The position numbers and the translations under genes were made by a program. 64,000 bases of DNA from Kudoa neothunni (taxonomy: Eukaryota; Animalia; Cnidaria). Every line of letters begins with the position of its first letter. The stretch's first letter is position 1. A model generated the notes under the pieces. It searched no databases. It was not told where the DNA came from and worked only from the letters and a program-made list of their open reading frames with translations. The stretch spans positions 9,017,245 through 9,081,244 of the forward strand of contig OZ199838.1 of the NCBI GenBank assembly GCA_964304625.1. Reading direction: 5' to 3'. Below are positions 1 to 12,700 of the stretch, in pieces.

Positions 1-165
1 AAGCAGAAAGGTTAGAGTATGCCAACTGGTATACTGGAATCCCCATCAACTTAATATAGCGGTTTTTTCGAGTTGAGTTTGGATTTTCAATTCTTTTAGC
101 CATCTTGGTTACTCCAAATCTGGATTTGAATTCCACGCAGTTCGGATTTAGAGTAAAAACCCCGG
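1..165 (+). mobile_element. Internally deleted 3' part of an IS630-Tc1-like element related to the 60761-61849 element
   Basis: Frame 3 reads AERLEYANWYTGIPINLI, matching QERKEYATWYTNLPINVR at ~61180. It ends in TTCGGATTTAGAGTAAAAACCCCGG|TA, similar to the right TIR TCCGGTTTTGGGGGTAAAACCCTG|TA. Confidence 0.75.
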
Positions 166-1057
166 TATTATTTCATTCATTTACAATAATTTTTTTAATT
201 GTTAGGACAAAGTGTGAATACATCTAACTATGAGAGAATTTTAATACAAATACCTTGGTATAATTAAAGCGAAAATTCATATCTATTTTCGTGCAACCTG
301 CCATTAATTCGGAACGGAGGTGCTAATGGTTAACAGCTTATAACCTATGCTTAAAAAACCGTTAATCATAAAAAAACAAAATCTTACGAAATTATTGTTA
401 AATTTTAATGTAATACGTTTTTACTGTATGTAACTTACGAGGTTTTGTAGTTATTCCGTTAATTCCTTATTGAGAAATATTCTCCTGTTTTTTATATTTA
501 TTATATTCAAATCGAATTAGTGGCGTATAGGGTAATGCTAATATTTAGTTATTTAATTTTTTTAATCAATTTAGGAAAATTTCCTACATTTAATTCAAAT
601 TTTTGATAATCGTTTACGTTAATTATTGGATTAATGGAAATAAGTGTTAAGTATATATTATACAAATAAAAAACAAATAATTATAAGTACATAAATTACA
701 TATGGATAAAAAAAATTTTAACTAAACAAAAAAAACTATTTTTTTAATGTTAAAATAACTCCATAGTAGGAGATTAATAAAAGAAGATCGTCGGGTCAAA
801 GTAATTAGTTATCGGGTTATTATTCAATGTTTTAATACATGGCTTCAAAAAGTTTGTCGCAATAAATAATGGTCATAATAAGTAATGTAAATTTTGGTTT
901 TTTAACTAGTTAGAGTACAATCATTGCTCGTCAGTCAAAAGAGGATGCGTGAGAGAATTTACATGAAAACCCGTTTTACAATCACCTTTATTCTTTCGTT
1001 TATTATAATTTTCTCAATCAATCAAAATAATTTTGTAATTCAGTTTAAAAAATACGA

Positions 1058-1377
1058 TTACGAAATTTTCTGTAGAAAATATTTGGATTCCGCATCATGC
1101 GTGTACAAAGATATATTACGTGAACAGTGTCCAATATGGATGTTCAATTTGTCTACCAAATCCTTTTCATCATCATCAAGCAATTTTATTCTGTCGTAAC
1201 AAATGAACACATCCTGAGTCATTCCTTTGACTACCACTATTCCATACTTATGAATTTAGTTTAAATTTTGGAGTAAAAAATAGTAGTAATTACTTGTAAA
1301 TTTTGATTATCCGTTGAAACTAATAAAGCGCACAACAAGAAACTTTTAATAATATGGTAAGCCAATGGTTTCGTCAT
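1058..1377 (-). CDS. Candidate orphan small secreted protein (~90 aa, 2 exons; possible third exon to ~920)
   Basis: Exon 1377-1294 reads MTKPLAYHIIKSFLLCALLVSTDNQNLQ (signal-peptide-like). A 47-nt phase-0 GTAATT..ATAAG intron (1293-1247) follows. Exon 1246-1058 is open: YGIVVVKGMTQDVFICYDRIKLLDDDEKDLVDKLNIHIGHCSRNISLYTHDAESKYFLQKIS*. No homolog recognised. Confidence 0.5.
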
Positions 1378-2434
1378 CACTATTTCATTACGATTAGAAA
1401 TATTATTATTAACAACAAATTTTAATTTATGATGAAGCTTAGGTTTAATAAGTTAAATTTTGGAAGAAATATGGCCACAACCGAATTAAAATTGTTTTCA
1501 TATATATATTTTTATTTCTATTGTCTAATCTATTCTAAATTTTAAATAAAGAACTTTAAAAATTCGGAATCGTTGAGCTGTATATTATTTGTGACTACTA
1601 AGAAGATCCAGATCTTAACTCATACCTGAAATGTTTTATAGTTTCTTAATGGGATCTGTGTAGATATTTTTGTCTTGATCTGTTTAAAAATATACGAAAA
1701 TAGGATTTTCAAGTTATCAAAAAATTTTATTGACAAAACATTTAAAAAGTCACACATCACTGAATAAACTGATGATCAATAATCTGATCTGATGCTGCTT
1801 TGCGATCATGCGTATCGAACCTGACATACAGTAGAGAACCACTAATTCACAATCCCCTCGGGAAAGGGAAGTCACTATTTACAGGTCGGTGACGATTAAT
1901 TCATAATAATTTTTGTACGTGCAAGAGATAAACATACAATGAAATATTGATTTGTTGTATTTAATTTTTAAGAATTACCAAAATTATCTGTTATTTTTAT
2001 GAGCTGTTAAATATGGTCATATGCATAAGACTCTAGTTTAGCCAGCTCCATCACTTGCAGAGTGACCGGCGATTTTGACAAATATTTTCAAATTTTAACA
2101 AGCATTAAAGCGTCTTTAGAAGGGAATTAAGGATCCATGGGATTATCTTCTATCTCTAAAAATTGGCATGACTTTCCGTATGATATAATCTTTAAATTAC
2201 CACATACTGGGAACCAGGACTGCCAGGGCTTGAATTTTTTGTGGTCACCTTGGGTTCTTGGAGGCTTTTTTTATTTTTTACAACATCTTGGGTTTTTACT
2301 GAAAATCTATAAACGTTGATTAATAACACAAAAATTTTATACATGGGACATTAATATTTATATTTGTATAACGTATCCTATTCAGATTATATATTGCAGG
2401 GTTTAAACATTTACTATTTTTAACGGCAGACTAT

Positions 2435-2756
2435 AAAGGGATGGTCAAACCGAGGCTCGCGAGCCGCATATGGCTCTTGGAAGTTGAAATTCGGTTTTTG
2501 AAAAATTTACATTTGACTTATCGTTTCATTAAATTTTGCTCATAAAGTTATTTGGATACTTTGAAAGTCATAGGATCATGCAGTTATCCGGAATAAGAAC
2601 GCATGAATTTAATATCGATTCACTATTAATAAAAACGTATAGACAAAATATAAATATAATAACAAATCCTGAAATTTAAATTTTACTTCTAGTGGTTCCG
2701 AAAGATTTGAATTTCGTTGAATGCAGCTTCTATTTTGATTAAGTCCGGCCACCCTT
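2435..2756. mobile_element. hAT-type MITE (degenerate)
   Basis: Ends AGGGATGGTCAAAC ... GTCCGGCCACCCTTG, with the subterminal palindrome GGCTCGCGAGCC typical of hAT MITEs. Confidence 0.55.
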
Positions 2757-3199
2757 GGCCTATTAGATTGTTTAACTTAATACGATTCCATAATTACTCA
2801 GTAAACATTGTTGTACATTATTAGAAAATGTAAACGTTACTTTACAATATATCTTGAATTATGAGGTAATTAATTGTGAGTATACTGATCTATACTAGAC
2901 ATTAAGTAAGAGTAAATGTTCGCGCCAAATAATTTTAAAAAGACGACAAATTTAAATTTAACGTCTGAAGACGTAATTATTGGATCGGAAGAAGGTTAAA
3001 AAATTTAATAAATACGATTCTCTTTTTTTATTGTACTTTAAAGTAATGTTTCCTCGACTTTGGGTTTTTAACCTCCGCTGGCATCCCTGCTGGGAACAAA
3101 CTTTATTCGTTGTCTAATTCATCGGTTGCTTGTCGAGTTGCAAGATTATGTGGAAATGCAATTTGGTTAGAACTTACTCGTTTATTTTCCGAGGTCGTT

Positions 3200-3600
3200 A
3201 AGCGGAAACCAGATTTAGGAAAGCAATTAACACTTGTTTCAAGATTAATGAATTTTAAGACTCCTTAATCAGAGCCATTGCTTCCAGCATATTTACAGAT
3301 TTTATGTTCACTCATATACTTCAATATGAAGTGTATACCGTCTTACTAGGTATTTTCGAAAAGTTTGTTTAATAAAATGAATGAGATCTAAATCCATTAG
3401 TAATAGGGCTGAAATAGTGATACTGGGAAAGTAGACCATTTGTAGGTTAAAAAGGTGGATTAAAGTATATTTTCTAAAGATATGACAATGATAAGGCAGA
3501 GGTGATGTCATCTATTCCTGGTGGGTTTAAGTTGTCGATAAATGATAAAAAAGTCGTTAAGCAATTTTTATAAACGCTTTGCGGCTACAATTCCGTATTT
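3200..3600 (-). pseudogene. pogo/Tigger (DDE_1) transposase relic
   Basis: YFPSITISALLLMDLDLIHFIKQTFRKYLVRR resembles FLPPNTTS.LQPMD.GII..K..YRK.L.R. Downstream VNCFPKSGF resembles I.NCF.K.GF. Many stops. Confidence 0.6.
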
Positions 3601-3818
3601 GTTCTCATCATCGACAAGAGAAACAAAATTTAAAGAATTCCGCTTTTAAGTTAGAACGTATATTTATACATAATGTATTGAGATGAAACATGAAACTCTT
3701 TTCCAGAATATTTTTTTCTAAATATGAAATTTGAGACGTAACCAGAAAGAGATTATTGATTCTTTTTGATAGCACTTCTATATTTCCTTAATGACACTCG
3801 TACTGAGTTGACAACTAA

Positions 3819-6800
3819 CACCCTTAAATGAGTTTGGGGTCACTTTTGACACTAGGATAAAAACAATAGTTTTACAAATAAATTACTTAATCAAAACGGC
3901 ACACATTTGAAAATTTTTAAAATATAGTTATATAATTATAATTTTGGATGCCAATTTCACGCAATATTGAAAAATAGGACTTACACATAGGTTTCATTAC
4001 AATTTTAGTGAAAAATTGAGCGTTTGTTATTATGCTCTCTAGGGCAAATGGAATATCTTTGTCTTTAATTTAAATGTCGTTTTTAGCGATATTTGATTCT
4101 GGTTAGTTATATTGTCAACTCCATATTCATTTGGGATTTCCTCAACGAAACTAACATTATATTTTCTTATTGTTCAGGGGTGGGAAATTATATTTTTACA
4201 GAGGTCGTATTAATATGAAGAAAATAAATTTGACTACATAGGTCAGGAAAAAAAATTACTGTAAAACAACTTAATATTAAAGTAAACTGAACTTCACTTT
4301 AACTAAAATTTAATAAAAAATATAAATTTGATTTTTTGAGTACTGCACAGGTATAATGCCAAATCGACAAACGGCTTTGGGTTAGTATATATAAATAAAT
4401 TCATTTCGTTCAAATCTTTATTAAATACAAGGCATCCGTTATTAATTTTTTTTCCTAAAACCCCCTAGGGTTAAAATTAAACGTTTTGTGAATGAATTCT
4501 GCGTTTAATTGGTTTTTCAATAATTTTTGTAATTATAATAGGACGCAGCAAAAAATATTTCGAGCTTATTTTTGTTCACAAACATCAAAAAATTAAATGA
4601 CTTACTTTTTAATTGATTTTTATATAGATTATTGAGTTAGGTAGTTTGTAGTGTCGTAATTTCATTGCTTAAAGTAGAGTTAATCTGTTTATAACAGTGT
4701 TTCCCACCGAAGGGGCCTAGAAATTTTTAAACGTTTGATGAATCGCTATGGTGGGATGCAGAAAATCCTGAGTATTGGTGTGTCAGAGATGATGGTGAGG
4801 TAATTGGGAAATATGACGTACTTTGAAGCCAATATCGCTAATTTTTAATTGACGGTTCACATCATAAAAAAATACAAAAAGAAACGAATAATTATATAAA
4901 GATTAATAAAAATAATTAACGAGTTATTCACCCGAATAGAATCAGAATGGTTTGAATCTCAATCTTGTCTCATTTAGGATAATATATTCCAATTTATTTA
5001 AATTTAATATAATATCGAATAATTTTTTATTTATATTATTTATTCTCCGTTTATTAGCTTCGTATACAGGAATACCTCTCCTAATGAAGGTTGAATCACC
5101 ACGAGTTTTATTTGACGTTGTTTTCGACGGAATAAAGAACTAAAGATGTTAATTTTTAAAGTCTGCCTATAAATCAAGATAGATCTGATCGAATAAAATT
5201 TAATTTTAATGAGAACAAAATCTTTATATATTAATTGCCTCCAAATTTTAATGTGACTGGGAGCTTTATTCATGCCTAAAAACCGGTTAAGTTACAAAAA
5301 TTAATACTTTCTGGAAAGATGGGGCATGGAACTTTTTTCGGGAAAAAGTGGGGCGCCATAAAAAAAAAGTTGAGAAACACTGGTTTATAATAAGCGTCAT
5401 TCCAAAAAATATAAATAAAAAAGTTTCCTTTTACGATTTTTTGGATTTGTTAACATGCATAACTTTTGTGACGCCGCATACTTCAGTTAACTCATATTCC
5501 TCATTTCTTCAAATAGTCGAGATATTGTTGGCCAAATTTAATAATTACAGTTGTGCAGGGATATAGACATTTTTTTGGAAAAAAGACTCAAATGCGTAAT
5601 AAACCTGCTATACTTGATATCCATTGATGGGTGCGCGACCTCTTTTTCTGCTTTTTTATTTATCCCCTCGTTGCATTAATAATAACTTTAATAGTGTTGG
5701 GTCTCAAGCCTTCCACGAATTGGTGCCAAAACGGAATCCCCGCTGCAGCCGTTGAGGTAAGAATTGGAAACCATGTCCTTCTTTATTCAAAGAATATTTG
5801 GTCTCGTTTCTTTATGAATTACACCTCTTGCACTATTCCTTCGATTTGGCGAAGAAACGTGGGGCCAATACACCCCTCAACATTGATCACATTATGAAAC
5901 CTTCTTATTATCGAAAGCGGCGGTACAAATTGTCAGAAATGAAGGCCGGACAACATCGGGATTTAGAGACCCTAACCCTATTTAAATTAAGGTTATATTT
6001 TGCTTAGGCACTCTCTCGCGCACTTTCAATTAACGTTATGTTTTCTTTTGGCATTTGGCGCGTATGCAACAAATAGAGACGTGCAAAATTTTCGTAATAA
6101 TTTTTGTATTGTTCACAGAGTATTTTTAAAATTAGTAAGGTAATTTAAGACAATTGTTTTTTCAACAAGAAATTTGTTATTTCTCTTGTTTTTAACGAAG
6201 TTTACTTTATTTTGCAAAAGGAGGAATTTAACTTTGGAATGTGTTCCGGTGTGATGGATCTTGAATATTTTTTTTATTTCTTTTAGATTTTCTATTTAAT
6301 TTGTTCATTTTTAGATTAACTCTCGAAGCAAACTCATGGAACTGTCCTCGACCGACAATTTAGGAGTGTTATCTTTCGTGTCATCCTTTATGACATTGGC
6401 TAATTTATTTTTCTATTATATTGTATTCTCTGGACAGCTTTATATTTCTCGTTCTTGGAAGTTCGATCCATTCTTATATCGAGTAGTTTGAATTTTTTAT
6501 AATAGTTTTGCGATAAAATCTTAAATCACTTGAAATAAAGTCTGAAAATATTTTTGATTTTATTGATGCAATTGTATTCTATTCAATGTGGTGACTGATT
6601 TGAGGCCGGGCGCCTAACGATGTTTGCTTTAGAGCCACTCTTAATTCCAAATTTTTCTGACTATTTAATAATCTTCACGTTTTATTCAAGTAAGCGATAG
6701 TTTTTTCTGGTTTCCTACTGCGTATTAACCATGCCAATGTAATCAAACAACAGATTTCAGGCGAGTGATAACCATGAAGTGTGTAATAAGCATGCAATCC

Positions 6801-7355
6801 TATTTTTTCCAACGAAAAAATTATTTCTTAATTCTATAATTATATTTATCGATATATTTTACTCCAATCTCATGATTTATATCTATCGTTAATTCATATA
6901 TTTGAATTTTCGGCACTATTTCTAAAGGTGCGCAATAACCATCCTACCGTGATATCCCTGCGCTACTGTATTTATGTTCCTAATTGTAAATTTAACTTAA
7001 ACAGTTATTAAACTTGAATATAAAAATATGGCAGCTTTATGTTTACGAATGAATTAACATTATTATGGACTTTAAAATATCTTAGAGAGGAACTAAAATC
7101 CTAATCTATAAAAATAAATAAATTCTATAGTAAATTTTGTTATTGTTACCCGATGGCCGAGTAAAACATCATGAGGCAAGACCCTGCCCGTGGACCATAT
7201 TTTACCCATCTCTGTCTAAGATATCTCCAGCAAACCTTAGAAAGATTTTTGTATCAACGATAATATTTAAATTTATTTATTATATCGAAATGTTAATGCT
7301 ATAATATAATTATTTATTCTTGGGTCAAACATGACCCCACACACATTTAAAGGTG
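3819..7355. mobile_element. Non-autonomous TIR element (piggyBac-like ends) containing a nested hAT MITE
   Basis: ~45-bp imperfect inverted repeats: CACCCTTAAATGAGTTTGGGGTCACTTTTGACACTAGGATAAA (3819) versus right-end reverse complement CACCTTTAAATGTGTGTGGGGTCATGTTTGACCCAAGAATAAA. TTAA TSDs are not intact. Confidence 0.6.
4695..5382. mobile_element. Buster-type hAT MITE family A, copy 1
   Basis: TIRs CAGTGTTTCCCA / TTGAGAAACACTG. Perfect 8-bp TSD GTTTATAA (4687-4694 and 5383-5390). Confidence 0.9.
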
Positions 7356-7499
7356 AATTTAGGTCAAAACATGAATAAAACCGCAATGGATTAAAATATA
7401 AGAACAACACTTTGTAATAATAAGTAACATATGTAGAAATGGATTTGCAATAATAAATTATATTTTTTAATGCTCTTCAATATAGCTATTAAGAAGTGA

Positions 7500-8040
7500 A
7501 CTATTCTCTGGGGTCACTTTCGAACCCAAACTCAGTATGAATGTTAAATGCTTACTCTTTGACTTCAGTTGTACTTCATGGATTCCTTCGTTAGATAGAA
7601 ACTTCGTCTTATAAATTATAATGCCGTGATTGGATTTAAGGCTTGCCAATCGATTTTAGATAGTCCAGCCGTATGTTCATATTATTGATTTATCCTCCAC
7701 ATTTTCCAGGATGATTGTCACCGAAATATGTGGGATTTAGCAGCTTCGATATCTTTATAAAAAAGTTCCAGTCTCTATCGATACCACCTATTATCGAACA
7801 TTGTTGGGTTTTTAATATCCAGTCAACAGTTTAAGATATTTTACAGTTGGCAGTCTCATCAATATGCATTATTTTTCTGTTACCTTTAATTTTCGAATAA
7901 CCATCGCAAACTGCCCAGCGTTGCTTGGGAAAGATTTCGCCTGAGGACGTTCTATTATGATAGCGCTCAAAAAATATTTTGAAATTTCGAATTAACCCAT
8001 AGAAATAAAATAACAAAGAAGTTTTCAGCAACATACTTTA
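7500..8040 (-). pseudogene. Merlin (IS1595-like DDE) transposase relic
   Basis: KIKGNRKIMHIDET...IIGGIDRD...ENVEDKSII..YGW...HGIIIYKTKFLSNEGIH follows the Merlin motif order (KIGG.G.IV.IDE; GGIER; TD.W; VNH..F...G.H). Stops and frameshifts present. Confidence 0.7.
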
Positions 8041-9744
8041 ACGATTTGGATTATGAAATTAAAATTATGATCATTTCTTTGAAGGAGTGTTCCAATCCCG
8101 GCGTTCATTTAAAAATTTCGTGGCTCGGCACCAACGCTAAAAAAATTAGGGTTAGCATCATATTTTGTTCGTTCCTGAATTATTTAAATCCCGTTAAAGT
8201 GTAATCTAAAACGTTGTTTTTCGGCCAGAGGGATTTATGAAAGTCAAATTCTGGCCCAGTTCGGAAACTGTGCGCACCGCTAAGTTTTTAAGAGAAAAAA
8301 ATAGTAAAAGTAATAGAGATAGAAGAAAACGTATGAAAATTAATTGATATTGCTAAAATTAGCATCGCTTGGCCCGGCATAAACATTAGTGCACTTTTCT
8401 CAAACAAATAACAAAAATCGCTTCGATATCAACATAAATATTTCATATAATTAGATGAAATAAGAGTACCACTATCTGCATTGAATTTAATCACTGGAAG
8501 TTCAACATTGCGGGCGATTTCAACTAAATTTACGGCCACAATGCTTGGATTTTAAAGGTTCAATCTACCTGATTGTAGAATTCCTCACCAAATCGCTATT
8601 AATGATGCAAACATAGACTTATTCTCATATTTTAAACCATTAATAGAACTTTTAGAATATACTTATCAAGTCACATACGTTAAAACTCTCTACCGAAGAA
8701 GTGAATCCGTGCAAAACCCCAAATATACACACCAAAATTACATAAAAAGTCAGATAGCAGAAGTTAATCAGAATTTGATGAAGTGTATAAGGAGGAAAGT
8801 TAACTTCATCCAACCATCAGCAGGTGTTAATCCTATTGTTGAATTCAAGTAATCCGTTTAACAAACTTTGAATCGACAAAATCACCATTTTTTAAACACT
8901 TATAGGAACATTTGGTAACGTGAAAACTATTGAATGATTTTTTGAAACATTGTGATTTTTAAAAAATTTCATAAATGTCTCTCTATAAGGAAAAAAATTT
9001 CGACGCACATGTACACTTCAGCTTTGTATATACAGTAGATAGATAAGATAGCCTCATTTTGGAGTAAAAAATGTGTTTCACTCCACTTTTTAATAATTGA
9101 AAACAATTAAAATAACTAAATTAAATTATTTCAGTCCCTCTGAGGAATATCTGTAACATATTAAACGTACTTTTAGACTACACAAAGATGTATATTTTCT
9201 GCAGCAATAAGATGTATTTACATTCCAAAAAGGAGTTGTTAATGTGAGATCAAACAATGTTATAAATATTAAATGGGATGTTTGTTATATGACACTTATG
9301 TACGATTTAGAACATTATCATCAGGGAGACAACAACAATAAACTCTTATAATAATGAATCATTTACTTTGAAAGATGGTTTATGAATAAGTACGAAATTA
9401 TTTAATCGAAAAGAAAATAAGTCCATACATATGAGTTTAGCACGCCCGATTTAAAATAAGTTGGATTACTGTTCGCAGGAAAAGACTATCTATAACGTAA
9501 GTATTAATCCCAGAAACTTTACTTACAAGCCAAATACAAATTTAATTTGTTAGAATCTGCATAATATTAATTATTGCTGGCTTACCAATTCCCCCATAAG
9601 GGCCAAAAATAATTAAATATAATCAAAACGAATGAAACCTGAATATTATATAACATACAAATAGCGACTTTCGTGTTTATATTCTTATATTTTGAAGATT
9701 AGGGCTGCACGTTTCGTTAATTCACTTTTAGGGTTTAGTGTGTG

Positions 9745-12700
9745 ATGACCAATCAGGTACGTTGAGTGATTTTTCAGCAGACTGACCAGGTTTAGATAAC
9801 AATAATAGCACATGGGGGAGCCGCTAAATACTCTGAAGAAGAGAAAAGTGTATGTGTGAAAGGTGTAGAAGAAGCCATTACTGCTGGATACGCTGTTCTT
9901 AAAAATGTAATCTCATTTTAGTCATTTCAAATCTATTTCTTATAGGGAGGCTTGGCCATAGATGCTGTTAAAGAAACTGTAATTTCCCTTGAGAATAACC
10001 CACTTTTTAATGCTGGTTATGGGTCGTGTTTGAACGAAATGGGCAAGGTCGAAATGGATTCAATGATAATGAATGGTAGCACGTATGAATATGGTAATTA
10101 ATTTGTTATCTCTTTGATTCTAAATTTAATATGTTAGTTTATCAATTTTTAACAAATAACCTTTATTATATTATCTGGTATTAACAAGGTATCCAAGGCT
10201 TAAACAATAATTCTGAGGTCGCCGTAGATAATTTTTTACTTAATCCTTGTTGGGTTTCTAAGATAAACGAAAAGACTGAAAAATGTTTAAATAATCCAGA
10301 TTCTAAAAAATATTGTTTGTTCTTAATACATCAAAGTCCATTCGGATAAAAAACATGCCCACCCAATCGTACATGCTATTCGGGATTAATTTGGGTTATA
10401 CTAATACTCATATCTATCCACTAATCTATGTCGACTAATAATAAGATTGTGTAATACATTCGAAATACTTTGACCGAATGGTGCAATTTTACATTGATTA
10501 TTCCATAAACTATTCAATCATGTAATAATGGGAAGATCTACTAGCATATGTTTTCATCTGTTCGGTTTAAAGTCATCTTTTAATTCTAGAAGAACGAAAA
10601 GAAGTCTTTTGAAATGTTGTCCCTTAAATTATTGATTTATTTGCAATTCGAGAAAGTAGTTTAATTTATTCTACATTTAATATAACAAATTATTTATAGA
10701 GATCGTTTATTTTACACTGCTTTAGTCATCTGATATCGTCTTTAATCAATTTATCGTTTTAAATTCACGAATTTTATTTGTAATTTATCAAAGAAATTTT
10801 AGCGATTAGAGCGATGAATTTTTTTATTTTATTATGAAATATTACTTAATTAAAACCAAACTTAAAGAAAAAATTAGATAAATTTATTATACATTTTTAT
10901 TAAGTTTCTTACGAATTGTGAAATACAAATCAAATAATATATATAATTTATAATTAACAATGGGACTCATTTTATAAAATATTTTAAAAGTGCCTTCTAT
11001 GACTAATATTTTTTATAAATTCTTATGCGAGGAATTTAATTCCATTTATGTTCTAGAGGATAAATTTTGGGGAGCTATGTTAAGATTATTTTAACATTAT
11101 ATATAACCTTTCTTTTTTATCACTTTCATAAAATTATTATTAAGAAATTATTGACACGAATCGCAATAATCCAGGTGAGTGCAATTTTGGCTGTATTTAT
11201 TTATTCATTCATGTTTGACCTTTAAGGGCGGTGGCGATTGGTCCAAAATAATTAAATACAGCAAATTATAAAAAACTTGATACATTAAGTATATTGAGAC
11301 TTGTTGGGGATTAAAATGTGCAATACGCAAGCGTAGTTGTCATTTAGGATTAAAAACATCCGTGTTAATAACCAGTACCAAATTATTAACGGACTTATTT
11401 ATACAGTAGATGACGGGTCGTTCGTAATCCCATTGGGACGTCAAAAAAGTTACGAACCTCACGTGCAATACGCGTGTTTCGTAAATTTTGGAGGATGCGC
11501 GCGCTTCGTTGTTTCAAATCACACAGGGTGGATGGAGTTGATAATTAATAAAATTTATTTGTTGTAGAAATATTCCGTGTTTTTATAATTATTTAATGTA
11601 TTTCGTCTTCAATATCCTTAAGTATATTCGTATTTTTTCGAACCATGTTCGATAAGGTATTGCTTAAGTTTGTCAAAATAAAAGGGGGCAGTTTTAGAAG
11701 TTTATTTTGTTATATCTGAAATAATAAATATCCTCTTTGATTTCGGTTTCTGTGGCATCGCCTGGATACTCATTAATTTTATGATATTTTCATGTTAATC
11801 GGAAAAATTGGTATTTCCGATAGCCACGACGTTCGATATTATTTAATCATTGTTCATTTCAATTATCTTATTAAAAAACTTGTATTCTCAATTTTAGTCG
11901 TCGTTTTTATCTAAATTATCAGTAATAATAGAAATATTGTTTGCGATTAAATTTCGCCATAACAAAACAATTAAAAATAGTTGATTTAGTCATCGAATCC
12001 CAAGAATTTGCAATCAAAAAATTTTATTCAAAATATTAGGAGATAAAGGTTCCATCGAAGCTTTAGTGGAAGAAATGTGGAGTTTTATCGTATATACTTT
12101 ATAGTGGAATTTAAACGAGTATATTATCCTCTCATCTGTGTCGAAAAGCACTCGTAGTATTTTTGGGAAGAAAAATTAATTGAGTATTTGAATACTCCAA
12201 TTTTACATGACAACTTGCTTTGTCTAAAAACAAAAAATCATTTCTTTATTGATTTTTAAGTGTGTCGTATTTTCTTAGACAAAACTGCGCTTAAATGCGA
12301 AAATTATATCCTTTTTATTTAAAACAAAACAATGTGGGTAGGGATGATGCATTAAAAAGTTTTGTAGTTCATGATTTTACCTCCGCTTTGACTGACTATC
12401 AAAATAACTGATTATTGTTTATTTTTCAGAAATAGATCCAACATCGTTTTGTATTTTTATCTTCAATCAATAGTTTATACAAACAAATCTAGACGTTGTT
12501 TACGAGAAGAGTTACGAGCCACACGTCAGTCTATAAAATAAGGGAAACATACCAAAATTTATTTACTAGGCAGCTGATATTTTTCCACTTAATGTGTTTA
12601 CTCTAATGTGTATTTTGAGTTAAAATTTAATAATTCATTTTCTTTATAATTTCTAATTTTTACATATTTTTGAAAGTTACGAACCACCTATCATAGACTG

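Noticed and set aside
924-1199. 91-aa plus-strand ORF
   Set aside because: It has a non-ATG start and is probably the antisense shadow of the minus-strand spliced gene candidate.
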